This document shows positions 1 to 15,500 of a stretch of DNA of 64,000 nucleotides, piece after piece. The notes below the pieces were generated by a model. That model searched no databases. It was not told the DNA's origin and saw only the letters and a program-made list of their open reading frames with translations. The DNA is from the human T2T-CHM13v2.0 reference genome, Homo sapiens: assembly GCF_009914755.1 (NCBI RefSeq), contig NC_060934.1, one strand, 5' to 3'. Each line of letters begins with the position of its first letter. The first letter of the stretch is position 1. The translations under genes and the position numbers were made by a program.

Positions 1-38
1 CCTTTCTCTCCCTTTCCTTCTTGTTTCCTTATATCTAG

Positions 39-150
39 GTTGGAGGCACAAATTGTCTGTTAAACTCAGTGGAAGCGAAGTCACTCAAGGAACTGTCTTT
101 CTTCGTGTAGGCGGGGCAATTGGGAAAACTGGGGAGTTTGCCATTGTCAG
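39..150 (+). CDS. PNLIPRP3: PNLIPRP3 third-last coding exon (start of the C-terminal PLAT/colipase-binding domain)
   Basis: Pyrimidine tract + AG at 37-38 and donor GTAGGC at 151. Translates (R)WRHKLSVKLSGSEVTQGTVFLRVGGAIGKTGEFAIV(S). Confidence 0.95.
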
Positions 151-1570
151 GTAGGCAGAGTGAGCAACTGACGCTTTGCACAGTGCTGGGGGCTCAGTAA
201 CACTAAGTGAGACTGGCTCAGTAAGCTGTTTAGTCTTCTCTTTTCCTACAATTCCACAGGCTACCATGGTATCTTTGATTTTTCTTTTTACTTCATGTTT
301 TCCAAATATAAAGTAGAAATCATAATATGTATTTTCTCTACAGTTCCAACTAGAAACAGAAAATGTTAGGAAGTGATAACATGAAAATACAGATCTAGAT
401 AATAGAGCAAGTGGAAAAAACTGACGGTATTCAAGATATATTTTTAATCCCATTCACTTAATATTATACAAATATAAGCATATATTTTTATTTGTGTCAG
501 TAACAAATAAGACATTTATATAAATTGCTAAATTTCTAATAAGCTGTGTAAGCATTACCCACAGATACAGGACATGTGTTAGAATAGTCAGAGGTTAAAA
601 ATAATCCAGTTCAGATGTTCATTTTGTATCTTTTGCTAAACCCTCCTTTTATCTTGAAATTTTCTTAATCTTTTATTTGTTCAGCCTTAGCATTTTTGTA
701 TTATGTTCATGTCCATTATTTTATTCTGTAATTTATGTCAGAATTAACATTATACCTACTAATTAGATGCAACCTTTTCTGCAAACAGATGAATGTATTA
801 GGTGTTTTATCTCTGTGATTTCCATCATCCTCAAACACTGGGCACAGGCACGAAAAGCAGAGATTTTGTGGTTATTTTGTCAGTTGAGAGATGCATCCGT
901 TTTATCACTGGCAGAGTTTCTGCAGGTCATCTTGCCTTGGTCCAACTGCCTGTAAATATAAGCTCAGTGAATGATGATCTGGATCCTGATTGGTGCACAG
1001 GCTCCAGCCCACCCTTCTCCTAACCATGTCTCCCACCATTTGACTTTATTCCACCTTCAGTTCAGCGAGGCTACACTGTTTGCACTACCCAGTACTGAAT
1101 AGATCCTACCCTTACCTTTCTGCAGGACTTCACCCATGCTGTTTCTTTGCTGCAGATACTTTTTCCTGTCTGCTATTTTGTTTCTACCTCTTCTTCATGG
1201 CTCCATCAAGCCTCCCTCTGAGAGCAGTTCAGCATAATCATGTGCCTGTGGTTTTGAGGCTCACAGGACGCTGGGTAAAGCTGTGTGATTTGTGCCCTGC
1301 ACAGAGGCATCTAACCTGGGGCAGCTGGTGATGAATATGCAGTTTCTGCCTCTTTTAAGATTTGTGAGAGCGTTTCCACATCTCTGTTCTTTTGATAACG
1401 GCCGAAGAAGCTGTTTGTAATGCTGTTGCATAGTTACCCAATCCTCTTTTAAGAATAAGTAAGCATTGAAGGTTCACAGCAGATGTGTCATCTTGAAATG
1501 AAGTCAGCTAGCTAAATTTGTATGCTGGTTTAGTTCTATTCTTCAAACAAGTTTTATAAGTCCAGCTTCT

Positions 1571-3701
<2,131 letters not shown>

Positions 3702-4923
3702 TGTCCAGCTTCACCATAGGTTATATCTTAGCTAATTGGGCTTCTAGTGACATAAAGGGCTGCAATGTATGGGCAATGGGTGAAGATAGTTCTTGGAATA
3801 ACAGAAAGATTACCCTTAAGAACTTGGAAGAACAGTTTCCTCTGGTAATTAAATCAATTAATTCTACTAGTAATATAATAAGACAGACCCTAGGAATAGC
3901 AATATTCATTCGTTAATTCATTCAGCAAATATGTAGGTGCCTACGCTGTACCAGGAACTGTTCTAATTGCTGGGGATGCAGACACAGGTCCGTCTTTCAC
4001 AGAGCTTATATTTGCAGTTTGAGTAGACAAATGATACATTAACAGAAGAATAGTTATAAGTTATGAAGAAATAAGGAAAGGTGATACAGTATGGAGCAAC
4101 ATGGGGACAAATTTAGATTGGATTGTAGCTTAATCATTTACTAACTATAGTTTAATTTATTTTACCAACACAACAAAAAAAGGGACTGTTTCATCAGAAG
4201 GAGAATATTAGCAATAGCCATAGGAAATGGGAGTCAGGAAGCTCTTATGGGTAAGAGATGTTGGTTTGGGTGCCACGACCAATCTGGGTCACAGTGGAGA
4301 ATTTTTGCATGATGGGGAAAAAACATGTCATTGGTTTCACTTTGCCTTGGATGGAACATACCTTATGCCTTGAGATATGGCACCTCTCTCTGCTCTATTG
4401 CCGTGATCAACAAAATGTCTTTTGATCACTAGTTTAGTTACCCAATTCCTTTTATGTGGTTAAAGAAGGTACCAGAAAAAGGGCAGGGGGGCACTCTGGT
4501 TAATCGAAGGGAGGTATTTCCACACTGTGAATTGGTGAACAGGCTCCTGGTTTGTAGATAAGTCTTGTGTACATTTAGTCCACTATTGAGAGTTTCTTGA
4601 TTTCCTGGTGTCAGTATAATCTGGTTTCTGATACTACAAAGCCAAGACCAGATCTTTCACTATGGAGAAATCACAATAATGCCTCTCTAGGTATTCTCTA
4701 AAAATCACCTAGCCAAGCTTTCCATTTACTTCACCCTTCTTTCAAACTTCAGAACCATGCTATTCTGAGATGCTGATCAATACACATGGAAAGAATAAAT
4801 CTCCTACAAGCAAATGCTAGCAAATACAAGTTTCTCTTCCATAGTGCATACACAGATGTGTTTTCTTTCATTCAGTGCTGTGAATACCCAGTGCAAACTT
4901 ACGAGTCTTATTTTTGTTTACAG

Positions 4924-5091
4924 TGGAAAACTTGAGCCAGGCATGACTTACACAAAATTAATCGATGCAGATGTTAACGTTGGAAACATTACAAGTGTTC
5001 AGTTCATCTGGAAAAAACATTTGTTTGAAGATTCTCAGAATAAGTTGGGAGCAGAAATGGTGATAAATACATCTGGGAAATATGGATATAA
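4924..5091 (+). CDS. PNLIPRP3: PNLIPRP3 penultimate exon
   Basis: tttacag acceptor and GTAAGT donor; phase matches both neighbours. Translates GKLEPGMTYTKLIDADVNVGNITSVQFIWKKHLFEDSQNKLGAEMVINTSGKYGYK. Confidence 0.96.
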
Positions 5092-5361
5092 GTAAGTATT
5101 GCTTTTTCCTTTTCATTTTCGTAGTTTACATTTTATAAATGGTGTTTAAACCCACAGATAATTTGAAATGTGCAAGTAGCATAAAAATTTATAGACTTTG
5201 AAATTTTGCAATTAAAGAAAGGGAAAAGTTAAGAAACCAATGCTATATGTGCAGAAGTGTTAGAAAATAAGAATTACTCATTAAATCGGGGGATCTACCG
5301 TGTCTTTTTCTTCCCTGGCATCAGGTTAAAATTCCTTTTTTTTTTCCTTAAAAACTTTCAG

Positions 5362-5425
5362 ATCTACCTTCTGTAGCCAAGACATTATGGGACCTAATAT
5401 TCTCCAGAACCTGAAACCATGCTAA
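5362..5425 (+). CDS. PNLIPRP3: PNLIPRP3 last coding exon
   Basis: tttcag acceptor. Translates STFCSQDIMGPNILQNLKPC*, the typical lipase C-terminus; TAA at 5423-5425. Confidence 0.96.
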
Positions 5426-6265
5426 TCTCAGATACAGTCTTGATGGATTTCTTTAGTAGGAGCAATGAAGAAAAGTGTCTCCTTCCACCTGGCATCCAGA
5501 CCAAATTTGACCCTTGTAAATGACTTAGTCATTTACAAGGGTCTTACTCAGAGTCAAGTACGGGTTTGCTTTTTTTCTGTGTAGAATGTTCATCTAACTG
5601 CACCTTAAAAACACACTGAACCCTGGGACAAAAGATAATTACTATGATCTGTAGGAATCTGGATATCATTGACAAAATAGAGCTGTTTTGGAATTTTCCT
5701 GAATAAGAGGAGGTGATGCAAATGTATGTTGAGTGTATAAACTCACTGGACAAAAGTAAGCCTCTGGCTTGCTGAGTTTTTGAAGTATATTTTCAGGTAT
5801 AATAATCATTGTTCTAAAATTATATAAAACTATTTGTTATGTTGTTAAATCTTGCTGAGACAAATTATGACTATAGTGCATGATATATAGTAGATTATAA
5901 CCTTGTGGGTTGATGTGTCTATCTAGTAATAATAAAAACTAATGAGATGGCACTAGTATTTCCAAGGTGTTCCTTGGTGTTCAGGGTGTGCACAAGAGAG
6001 ATTTTGGAGCTTATCTGTTATGTGTTCATCAGTTAGCAATGGGACCTGAAGTTCAACAACCCAGGGTATAGCCCCCTTCCTCCAAAGTCCCTGCCACAGG
6101 AGAATTACTCCTCTCTCTGGGTCTTGAATGCTCTATGGTGAATTTGTATTTAGCCTCAAGGCAGCATTTCATTTGTAAAGCACTTGGGTAACCCTTTGTT
6201 CTTGCAATAACAATATTATAATATTTAAATATGTCCATTGTGTTTCTTTTTTCTTTATGTTGCTT
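5426..6265 (+). other. PNLIPRP3: PNLIPRP3 3' UTR / polyadenylation region (end approximate)
   Basis: AATAAA at 5931-5936; an AT-rich stretch near 6206-6230 followed by a GU/U-rich element at 6237-6265. Confidence 0.55.
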
Positions 6266-7659
6266 CAATTTCTTCCAAGTCGGTTGTCCTTAGCCAGCGA
6301 AAGGGAGAAATTTCATACTTTCATTTGCTCTGTTTTCTATCACTAGGCTCAGTGTTTAGCCTATAGGTCTGCGCTATAAATATTGTTGGAAGGAAATGAT
6401 GACAGATACTCTGCAGAGGGTTTCTCGATTCTCCTTGGTGCCTCGCTGCCAGCTGAACCTTCAGAAAGACCCGTGGGTGTACATAAATAAATCTGTGCTG
6501 TGGTGGAAAGCAGAGAAGCATGTGGGATGACTCTCCCATTTTGCAAGGAAGGGATGGAAGATTGCTGGGGAGAAGGAGGAAAGCAGGTTCAGGGACATTG
6601 GCATGATGTAGTGGTGTGTACTGCTCTCACTGGTGGGCTGCACATATTCACACCTAGGCCAACCTAGGAGCACAGTGTCTATGAGTAAGCTCAGTAGAAG
6701 GGACTGAGCCATACTGAGTAATTGTGTCGCAGTCCAGCATTCATTAGCAAGCTGGTGGTGGAGTCAGCACAGACCCTGGGGAGAGAAGTCTTCCTGAGAG
6801 CAGCTGTCCCGAGCCTGCACAGGTCCCAAGGTAGAGGAAGAGTTATGCATCCGGCCGTGGCCTTAGGCAACGTGAGTACTAGCTGCCTCCTCACCCAGGA
6901 GATCTCTAGGCTGGCTCCTTCAAGGTTTGAAAAGACTAATGGGAGTCAATTAACTTCTGAGAACCCTATTTTAATAAAGTATAGACTTACTGTCCTATAG
7001 TTCTTAATATCTGTCCCCTTTTTTGCATTATAAGAATGTATGAGGATGAATAATAGTGCATGAACTATCTAGGCAAAGGAATTCCAAAAGTTCAAGGTGA
7101 CGCCATTATTTTCTGTGTGTGCTTTTCCCTAAGGAAGCACCAAAAAAAAATGATTCCCTTTCCCTCTGAGTGCCCTGAATTATTGTAGCAAGCAATTGTG
7201 GCCTACTACTGTTTGGGCAAGGACTGTTAGGGAATTGTTCTGCTTCCTAGATGAATGCTGAAAATGCAGTCCAATTACCCATTACTCCCTCCACTCTCTG
7301 TGACTATTGACCCACACTCATGCCTTGTCATCATATCACTCAAAAATGCGCACCTCCAAACTCGCCACGCGGAATGTCCTCTTTGACCACAGTTGTCTCC
7401 CCTTCCGGCTTGCTGACTTTTTTTTTTTTTTAACTGTTAGGCAAAATCTTAACCTTGAATACTTTCAGATTTCTTTTCTCTGGGCCAGCACCTGAAGTGC
7501 TGTTGGGACAGTGGTACCACAGAGAAGACGGATGTAATTAGAATGTATATGATATGATGTATATTGTGATCAGCACTGTCCTGAAATGCGTTTCTTTTGA
7601 CACCTCCTGCCCCAAACTCTTCTGCTACTCCTACTTTATATAGAAAACAGATGCCATGA

Positions 7660-7943
<284 letters not shown>

Positions 7944-8400
7944 AGCAATCTCTACTCTTTTTGATCCAAACACATCAACTACCTACATCTGCATCCATTC
8001 TATCCTTTTTCTTTCTAATAAGGAAGCTGCCTCTTCTTTCCCAGGCTAATCCCTGCCTCTGTGCAGTGGCCTCCACCCTCTCCTGCTTTCTTGGGAACAC
8101 TGCCCTGCGGGTTACTTTTTCTTTCTTTTGTATATTCAACTTATCATTGCATCCGGTTTTTAAAATCTGAAGTCCCTGCCATTACAAAATAAAATAAAAT
8201 AAATCCTTCCCCATCCTAAATTCCTCTCTGCTCCCATCTGACTTTAGAACAGCTCTCACCCAGATTTCCAATGACCACCAGTCACAAAGTCAAATGGGAA
8301 ATTCTACTCATTTGCTCCGTCCCATAGCAGAGTTCAACACTGTTGTCAACTCCCTGCCACTCTCTCTCTTTTTAAAAATTAAAAAAAAAAAATTATTTTT

Positions 8401-8690
8401 GGCCAGGCGCGGTGGCTCACACCTGTAATCCCAGCACTTTGGGAGGCCGAGGCGGGCGGATCATGAGGTCAGGAGATCGAGACCATCCTGGCTAACACAG
8501 TGAAACCCCGTCTGTACTAAAAATACAAAAAATTAGGCATGGTTGCGGGTGCCTGTAGTCCCAGCTACTCGGGAGGCTGAGGCAGGGGAATGGCGTGAAC
8601 CCCGGGAGGCGGAGTTTGCAGTGAGCCAAGATCGCGCCACTGCCACCACACTCCAGCCTGGGCGACACAGCGAGACTCCATCTCAAAAAA
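8401..8690 (+). mobile_element. AluY
   Basis: GGCCAGGCGCGGTGGCTCAC start and AluY-type diagnostic bases. Confidence 0.9.
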
Positions 8691-8945
8691 ATATATATAT
8701 TTGTAGAAACTTTTAAATATTCACAACAGCAAAAAAAGCAGTAAACTAGCACCCCCAGGTGCCTGTCAACCAGTTTATCAATTTTCATATATTGCCAATC
8801 CTATTTTATGAGTGTGCACACAAACACACTCCCTATTTTTGTTTTGTTTGTTTTTGCTGGAGTATTTTAAGCCAAATCCTAGACATAATGCTGTTTCTCC
8901 CATTTATACTTTAGTATGTATCTGTAAATGATAAACTTGCTTACC

Positions 8946-9356
8946 TGTCAGGCCTCTGAGCCCAAGCTAAGCCATCATATCCCCTGTGACCTGCACGTAC
9001 ACATCCAGATGGCTGGTTCCTGCCTTAACTGATGACATTCCACCACAAAAGAAGTGAAAATGCCCTGTTCCTGCTTTAACTGATGACATTGTCTTGTGAA
9101 ATTCCTTCTCCTGGCTCATCCTGGCTCAAAAGTTCCCCTACTGAGAACCCTGTGACCCCCACTCTACCCGCTAGAGAACAACCCCCCTTTGACTGTAATT
9201 TTCTTTCACCTACCCAAATCCTATAAAACGGTCCCACCCCTATCTCCCCTCACTGACTCTCTTTTCGGACTCAGCCCACCTGCACCCAGGTGATTAAAAG
9301 CTTTATTGCTCACACAAAGCCTGTTTGATGGTCTCTTTACACGGACACGCATGAAA
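8946..9356 (+). promoter_or_regulatory. 5' LTR7 of HERV-H (promoter/enhancer)
   Basis: TGTCAGGCCTCTGAG...CATGAAA, intact TATAAAA box near 9222, ACAAAAGAAG SOX-type motif near 9045. Confidence 0.9.
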
Positions 9357-9358
9357 TT

Positions 9359-9376
9359 TGGTGCCGTGACTCGGAT
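9359..9376 (+). other. Primer-binding site (tRNA-His)
   Basis: TGGTGCCGTGACTCGGAT immediately after the 5' LTR. Confidence 0.95.
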
Positions 9377-11461
9377 CGGGGGACCTCCCTTAGGAGATCA
9401 ATCCCCTGTCCTCCTGCTGTTTGCTCCGTAGAAAGATCCACCTACGACCTCAGGTCCTCAGACCCACCAGCCCAAGAAACATCTCACCAATTTCAAATCC
9501 GGTAAGCGGCCTCTTTTTACTCTCTTCTCCAACCTCCCTCATTATCCCTCAACCTCTTTCTCCTTTCAATCTTGGCGCCATACTTCAATCTCTCCCTTCT
9601 CTTAATTTCGATTCCTTTCATTTTCTGGTAGAGACAAAGGAGACACGTTTCATCCATGGACCCAAAACTCCGGCGCCGGTCACAGACTAGGGAAGGCAGC
9701 CTTCCCTTGGTGTTTAATCATTGCAGGGACGCCTCTCTGATTATTCACCCAGGTTTCAGAGGTGTCAGACCACGCAGGGACGCCTGCCTTGGTCCTTCAC
9801 CCTTAGCGGCAAGTCCCGCTTTTCTGGGGAAGGGGCAAGTACCCCAACCCCTTATCTCCATGTCTCTACCTCTTCTTCGCCTTTCTGGGGGGCAAGAAAC
9901 CCCCAACCCCTTCTCCTTCACCCTTAGTGGCAAGTCCCACTTTTCTAGGGGAGGGGCACGTACCCCAACCCCTTATATCTCTGCATGCTGATCCCTTATT
10001 TCCATGCCCCAACCCCTTATATCTCTGTGCCCCGATCCCTTATTTCTGTGCCCCAACCTTGTATCTCTATGCCCCGACCCCTTTCCCGCTTTTCTGGAGG
10101 GTAAGAACCCCCGAACCCCTTCCCTCCATGTCTCTACTCTCTCTTTTCTCTGGGCTTCCTTCCTTCACTATGGGCCACCTTCTACCCTCCATTCCTCCTT
10201 CTTCTCCCTTAGCCTGTGTTCTTAAGAACTTAAAACCTCTTCAACTCTCACCTGACCTAAAATCTAAGCAACTTATTTTCTTCTGCAATGCCACTTGATC
10301 CCAATGCAAACTCGACAGTAGTTCCAAATAGCCAGAATATGGCACTTTCAATTTTTCCATCCTACAAGATCTAAATAATTCTTGTCATAAAATGGGCAAA
10401 TGGTCTGAGGTGCCTGACGTCCAGGCATTCTTTTACACATCAGTCCCTCTCTAGTCTCTGTTCCCAATGCAACTCATCCCAAATCTTCCTTCTTTCCCTC
10501 CCACCTGTCCCCTCAGTCCCAACCCCAAGCATCGCTGAGTCTTTCTAATCTTCCTTTTCTACAGACCCATCTGACCTCTCCCCTCCTCCCCAGGCTGCTC
10601 CTCGCCAGGCCAAGGTAGGTCCCAATTCTTCTTCAGCCTCCGCTCCTCCACCCTATAATCCTTTATCACCTCCCCTCCTCACACCGGGTCCGGCTTACAG
10701 TTTTGTTCTGCGACTAGCCCTCCCCCACCTGCCCAGCAATTTACTCTTAAAAAGGTGGCTGAAGCTAAAGGCATAGTCAAGGTTAATGCTCCTTTTTCTT
10801 TATCAGACCTCTCCCAAATCAGTGAGCGTTTAGGCTCTTTCATCCAATATGAAAAACCCAGCCCAGTTCATGACTCGTTTGGCAGCAACCCTGAAACACT
10901 TTACAGCCCTAGACCCTAAAAGGTCAAAAGGCCGTCTTATTCTCAATATACATTTTATTACCCAATCTGCTCCCAACATTAAATAAAACTCCAAAAATTA
11001 AATTCCGGCCCTCAAACCCCAAAACAGGATTTAATTAACCTTGCCTTCAAGGTGTACAATAATAGAAAAAAGTTGCAATTCCTTGCCTCCACTGTGAGAC
11101 AAACCCCAGCCACATCTCCAGTACACAAGAACTTCCAAACACCTGAACCGCAGTGGCCAGGCATTCCTCCAGAACCTCCTCCCCCAGGAGCTTGCTGCAA
11201 GTGCCAGAAATCTGGTCACCAGACCAAGGAGTACCTGCAGCCCAGGATTCCTCCTAAGCCGCATCCCATCTGTGCGGGACCCCACTGGAGATTGGACTGT
11301 CCAACTCACCTGGCAGCCACTCCCAGAGCCCCTGGAACTCTGGCCCAAGGCTCTCTGACTCCTTCCCAGATGTTCTTGGCTTAGCGGCTGAAGACCGATG
11401 CTGCCCGATCGCCTCGGAAGCCCCCTAGACCACGGACGCCGAGCTTCGGGTAACTCTCACA

Positions 11462-12584
11462 GTGGAGGGTAAGTCTGTCCCCTTCTTAATCAATACCGAG
11501 GCTACTTACTCCACATTACCTTATTTTCAAGGGCCTGTTTCCCTTGCCTCCATAACTGTTGTGGGTATTGACGGCCAGGCTTCTAAACCTCTTAAAACTC
11601 CCCAACTCTGGTGCCAACTTAGACAATACTCTTTTAAGCACTGCTTTTTAGTTATCCCCACCTGCCCAGTTCCCTTATTAGGCAGAGACACTTTAACTAA
11701 ATTATCTGCTTCCCTGACTATTCCTGGATTACAGCTACATCTCATTGCTGCCCTTCTTCCCAATCCAAAGCCTCCTTTGCGTCCTCCTCTTGTATTCCCT
11801 TACCTTAACCCACAAGTATAAGATACCTCTACTCCCTCCTTGGCGACCGATCATGCACCCATTACCATCCCATTAAAACCTAATCACCCTTACCCCGCTC
11901 AACTCCAATATCCCATCCCACAGCATGCTTTAAAAGGGTTAAAGCCTGTTATCACTCACCTGTTACAGCATGGCCTTTTAAAGCCTATAAACTCTCCTTA
12001 CAATTCCCCCATTTTACCTGTCCTAAAACCAGACAAGACTTACAGATTAGTTCAGGATCTGCGCCTTATCAACCAAATTGTTTTGCCCATCCACCCTGTG
12101 GTGCCCAACCCATACACTCTTTTGTCCTCAATACCTTCCTCCACAACTCACTATTCCATTCTTGATCTTAAAGATGCTTTTTTCACTATTCCCCTGCACC
12201 CCTCGTCCCAGCCTCTCTTTGCTTTCACCTGGACTGACCCTGACACCCATCAGTCCCAGCAGCTTACCTGGGCTGTGCTACTGCAAGGTTTCAGGGACAG
12301 TCCTCATTACTACAGCCAAGCTCTTTCTCATGATTTACTTTCTTTCCACCCCTCCGCTTCTTACCTTATTCAATATATTGATGACCTTCTTCTTTGCAGC
12401 CCTTCCTTTGAATCTTCTCAACAAGACACTTCTGCTCTTTCAGCATTTATTCTCCAAAGAATATCAGGTATCCCCCTCCAAATCCCAAATTTCTTCTCCA
12501 TCTGTTACCTACCTCGGCATAATTCTTCATAAAAACTCACGTGCTCTCCCTGCTGATCATGTCCAATTAATCTCCCAAACCTGA
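11462..12584 (+). pseudogene. HERV-H pro-pol remnant (protease + reverse transcriptase)
   Basis: Degenerate protease site LINTEAT; RT motifs LDLKDAFF, QGFRDSP, YIDDLLL; interrupted by a stop and a frameshift. Confidence 0.9.
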
Positions 12585-15500
12585 ATCCCTTACAAAACAA
12601 CAACTCCTTTCCTTCCTAGGCATGGTTAGTGCAGTCAGAATTCTTACACAAGAGCCAGGACCACACCCTGAAGCCTTTCTGTCCAAACAACTTGACCTTA
12701 CTGTTTTAGCCTAGCCATCATGTCTCCGTGCAGCGGCTGCTGCCACCCTAATAGTTTTAGAGGCCCTCAAAATCACAAACTATGCTCAACTTACTCTCTA
12801 CATTTCTCATAACTTCCAAAATCTATTTTCTTCCTCACACCTGACGCATATACTTTCTGCTCCCCGGCTCCTTCAGCTGTACTCACTCTTTGTTAAGTCC
12901 CACAATTACCATTGTTCCTGGCCCGGACTTCAATCTGGCCTCCCACATTATTCCTGATACCACACCTGACCCCCATGACGGTATCTCTCTGATCCACCTG
13001 ACATTCACCCCATTTCCCCATATTTCCTTCTTTCCTGTTCCTCACCCTGATCACGCTTGATTTATTGACGGCAGTTCCACCAGGCCTAATCGCCACACAC
13101 CAGCAAAGGCAAGCGATGCTATAGTACAAGCCACTAGCTCGCCTCTTAGAACCTCTCATTTTCTTTCCATCGTGGAAATCTATCCTCAAGGAAATAACTT
13201 CTCAGTGTTCCATCTGCTATTCTACTACTCCTCAGGGATTATTCAGGCCCCCTCCCTTCCCTACACATCAAGCTCGAGGATTTGCCCCCACCCAGGACTG
13301 GCAAATTAGCTTTACTCAACATGCCCCGAGTCAGATAACTAAAATACTTCTTAGTCTAGGTAGACACTTTCACTGGATAGGTAGAGGCCTTTCCTATAGG
13401 GTCTGAGAAGGCCACCGCAGTCATTTCTTCCCTTCTGTCAGACATAATTCCTCAGTTTAGCCTTCCCACCTCTATACAGTCTGATAACAGACCAGCCTTT
13501 ATTAGTCAAATCAGCCAAGCAGTTTTTCAGGCTCTTAGTATTCAGTGAAACCTTTATATCCCTTACGGTCCTCCGTCTTCAGGAAAAGTAGAACGGACTA
13601 AAGGTCTTTTAAAAACATACCTCACCAAGCTCAGCCACCAACTTAAAAAGGACTGGACAATACTTTTACCACTTTCCCTTCTCAGAAGTCAGACCTGTCC
13701 TCAATGCTACAAGGTACAGCCCATTTGAGCTCCTGTATAGATGCTCCTTTTTATTAGGCCCCAGTCTCATTCCAGACACCAGACCAACTTAGACTGTGCC
13801 CCAGAAAAACTTGTCATTCCTACTATCTTCTGTCTAGTCATACTCCTATTCACCATTCTCAACTACTCATACATGCCCTGCTCTTGTTTACACTGCCGGT
13901 TTACACTGTTTCTCCAAGCCATCACAGCTGATAGCTCCTGGTGCTATCCCCAAACTGCCACTCTTAACTCTTGAAGTAAATAAATAATCTTTGCTGGCAG
14001 GACTATGCTGAATCTCCTTAGGCACTCTCTAATCAGATGTCCTGAGTCATCCCAATTCTTAGACCTTTTATACCTGTTTTTCTCCTTCTCTTATTCCATT
14101 TAGTTTTTCAGTTCATACAAAACTGTATCCAGGCCATCACCAATAATTCTAAATGACAAATGTTTCTTCTAACAACCCCACAATATCACCCCTTACCACA
14201 AAATCTTCCTTCACCTTAATCTCTCCCACTCTAGGTTCTCACACTGCCCCTAATCCCGCTCGAAGCAGCCCTGAGAAACATCGCCCATTATCTCTCCATA
14301 CCATCCCCCAAAATTTTCGCTGTCCAAACACTTTACCACTATTTCATTTTATTTTTCTTATTAATATAAGAAGACAGGAATGTCAGGCCTCTGAGCCCAA
14401 GCTAAGCCATCATATCCCCTGTGACCTGCACGTACACATCCAGATGGCCGGTTCCTGCCTTAACTGATGACATTCCACCACAAAAGAAGTGAAAATGGCC
14501 TGTTCCTGCTTTAACTGATGATATTGTCTTGTGAAATTCCTTCTCCTGGCTCATCCTGACTCAAAAGCTCCCCTACTGAGCACCTTGTGACCCCCACTCT
14601 GCCCGTCAGAGAACAACCACCCTTTGACTGTAATTTTCCTTTACCTACCCAAATCCTGTAAAACAGCCCTACCCCTATCTCCCTTCGCTGACTCTCTTTT
14701 CGGACTCAGCCTGCCTGCACCCAGGTGATTAAAAGCTTTATTGCTCACACAAAGCCTGTTTGATGGTCTCTTTACACGCACGTGCATGAAATTACCGTTA
14801 ACTACAAAATGAATTTCATAAAAATTAACAATAATCATTTTTAAGTGAATTTGAGATTAACTGAAAAATTAAGTCATTTAAAAATATCATTTTATATTCA
14901 AGTTGTATTGAAATTTCCCAGATTGTCTCAAAAATGGCTTTTGGCAGTTAATTTGTTTAAATTGGGATCCAAGCAAGGTCCACACACTGTGTTTGATTGA
15001 CATGTTCCTAAATCTCTTCCTCTGTAGCAGCTTCCCCTCTCGCTTCTTCCACACTAATTATTAAATAAACCAGGTCATTCATCCTATAAAAATGCTCACA
15101 TAAAACTGATGGAATTCCCTTGGTATCATTTAAAGTATTTCTCTATCTTGTATATGTACTGTAACTAGTAGTTCGTTTGAGAGGCTTGGTGAGATTCAGG
15201 TGTGTCTTCATTAGGCCCTGGGGACGGGCCGCATGCCTGGTAGCCTACAGCCCTGGTAATTTTCACACCTTGCTTACTGCTCTCAAGTTAGCTGCAGACT
15301 CCCTTTTTTTTTTCTTAAAGGACTATGTATGTAATAGCATTTTACACATTTGAAAAGGCTATACCAATTCAAATTGTAGGTAAAATAGAGTATCGAATGG
15401 CTTGGAATCTGGTTGCTCAATGGCAGGCTAAGAGGAGAAAGGTACCTGGGAGAATGTTTACAAGGGTTTGTGCTCCAGGACTGGAGGAAAGAAAGGGGCA

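Larger units (their letters stand above)
8946..14791 (+). mobile_element. HERV-H provirus (common deleted ~5.8 kb form) with two LTR7
   Basis: 411-bp LTRs at 8946-9356 and 14381-14791, 5-bp TSD TTACC on both sides, tRNA-His PBS, gag/pro/pol remnants, purine tract before the 3' LTR. Confidence 0.97.

Noticed and set aside
85-453. 122-aa minus-strand ORF
   Set aside because: Antisense to a PNLIPRP3 exon and intron, with no recognisable domain.
11840-12532. HERV-H RT ORF as a functional enzyme
   Set aside because: Preceded by a stop, frameshifted after YIDD, and downstream pol is deleted.
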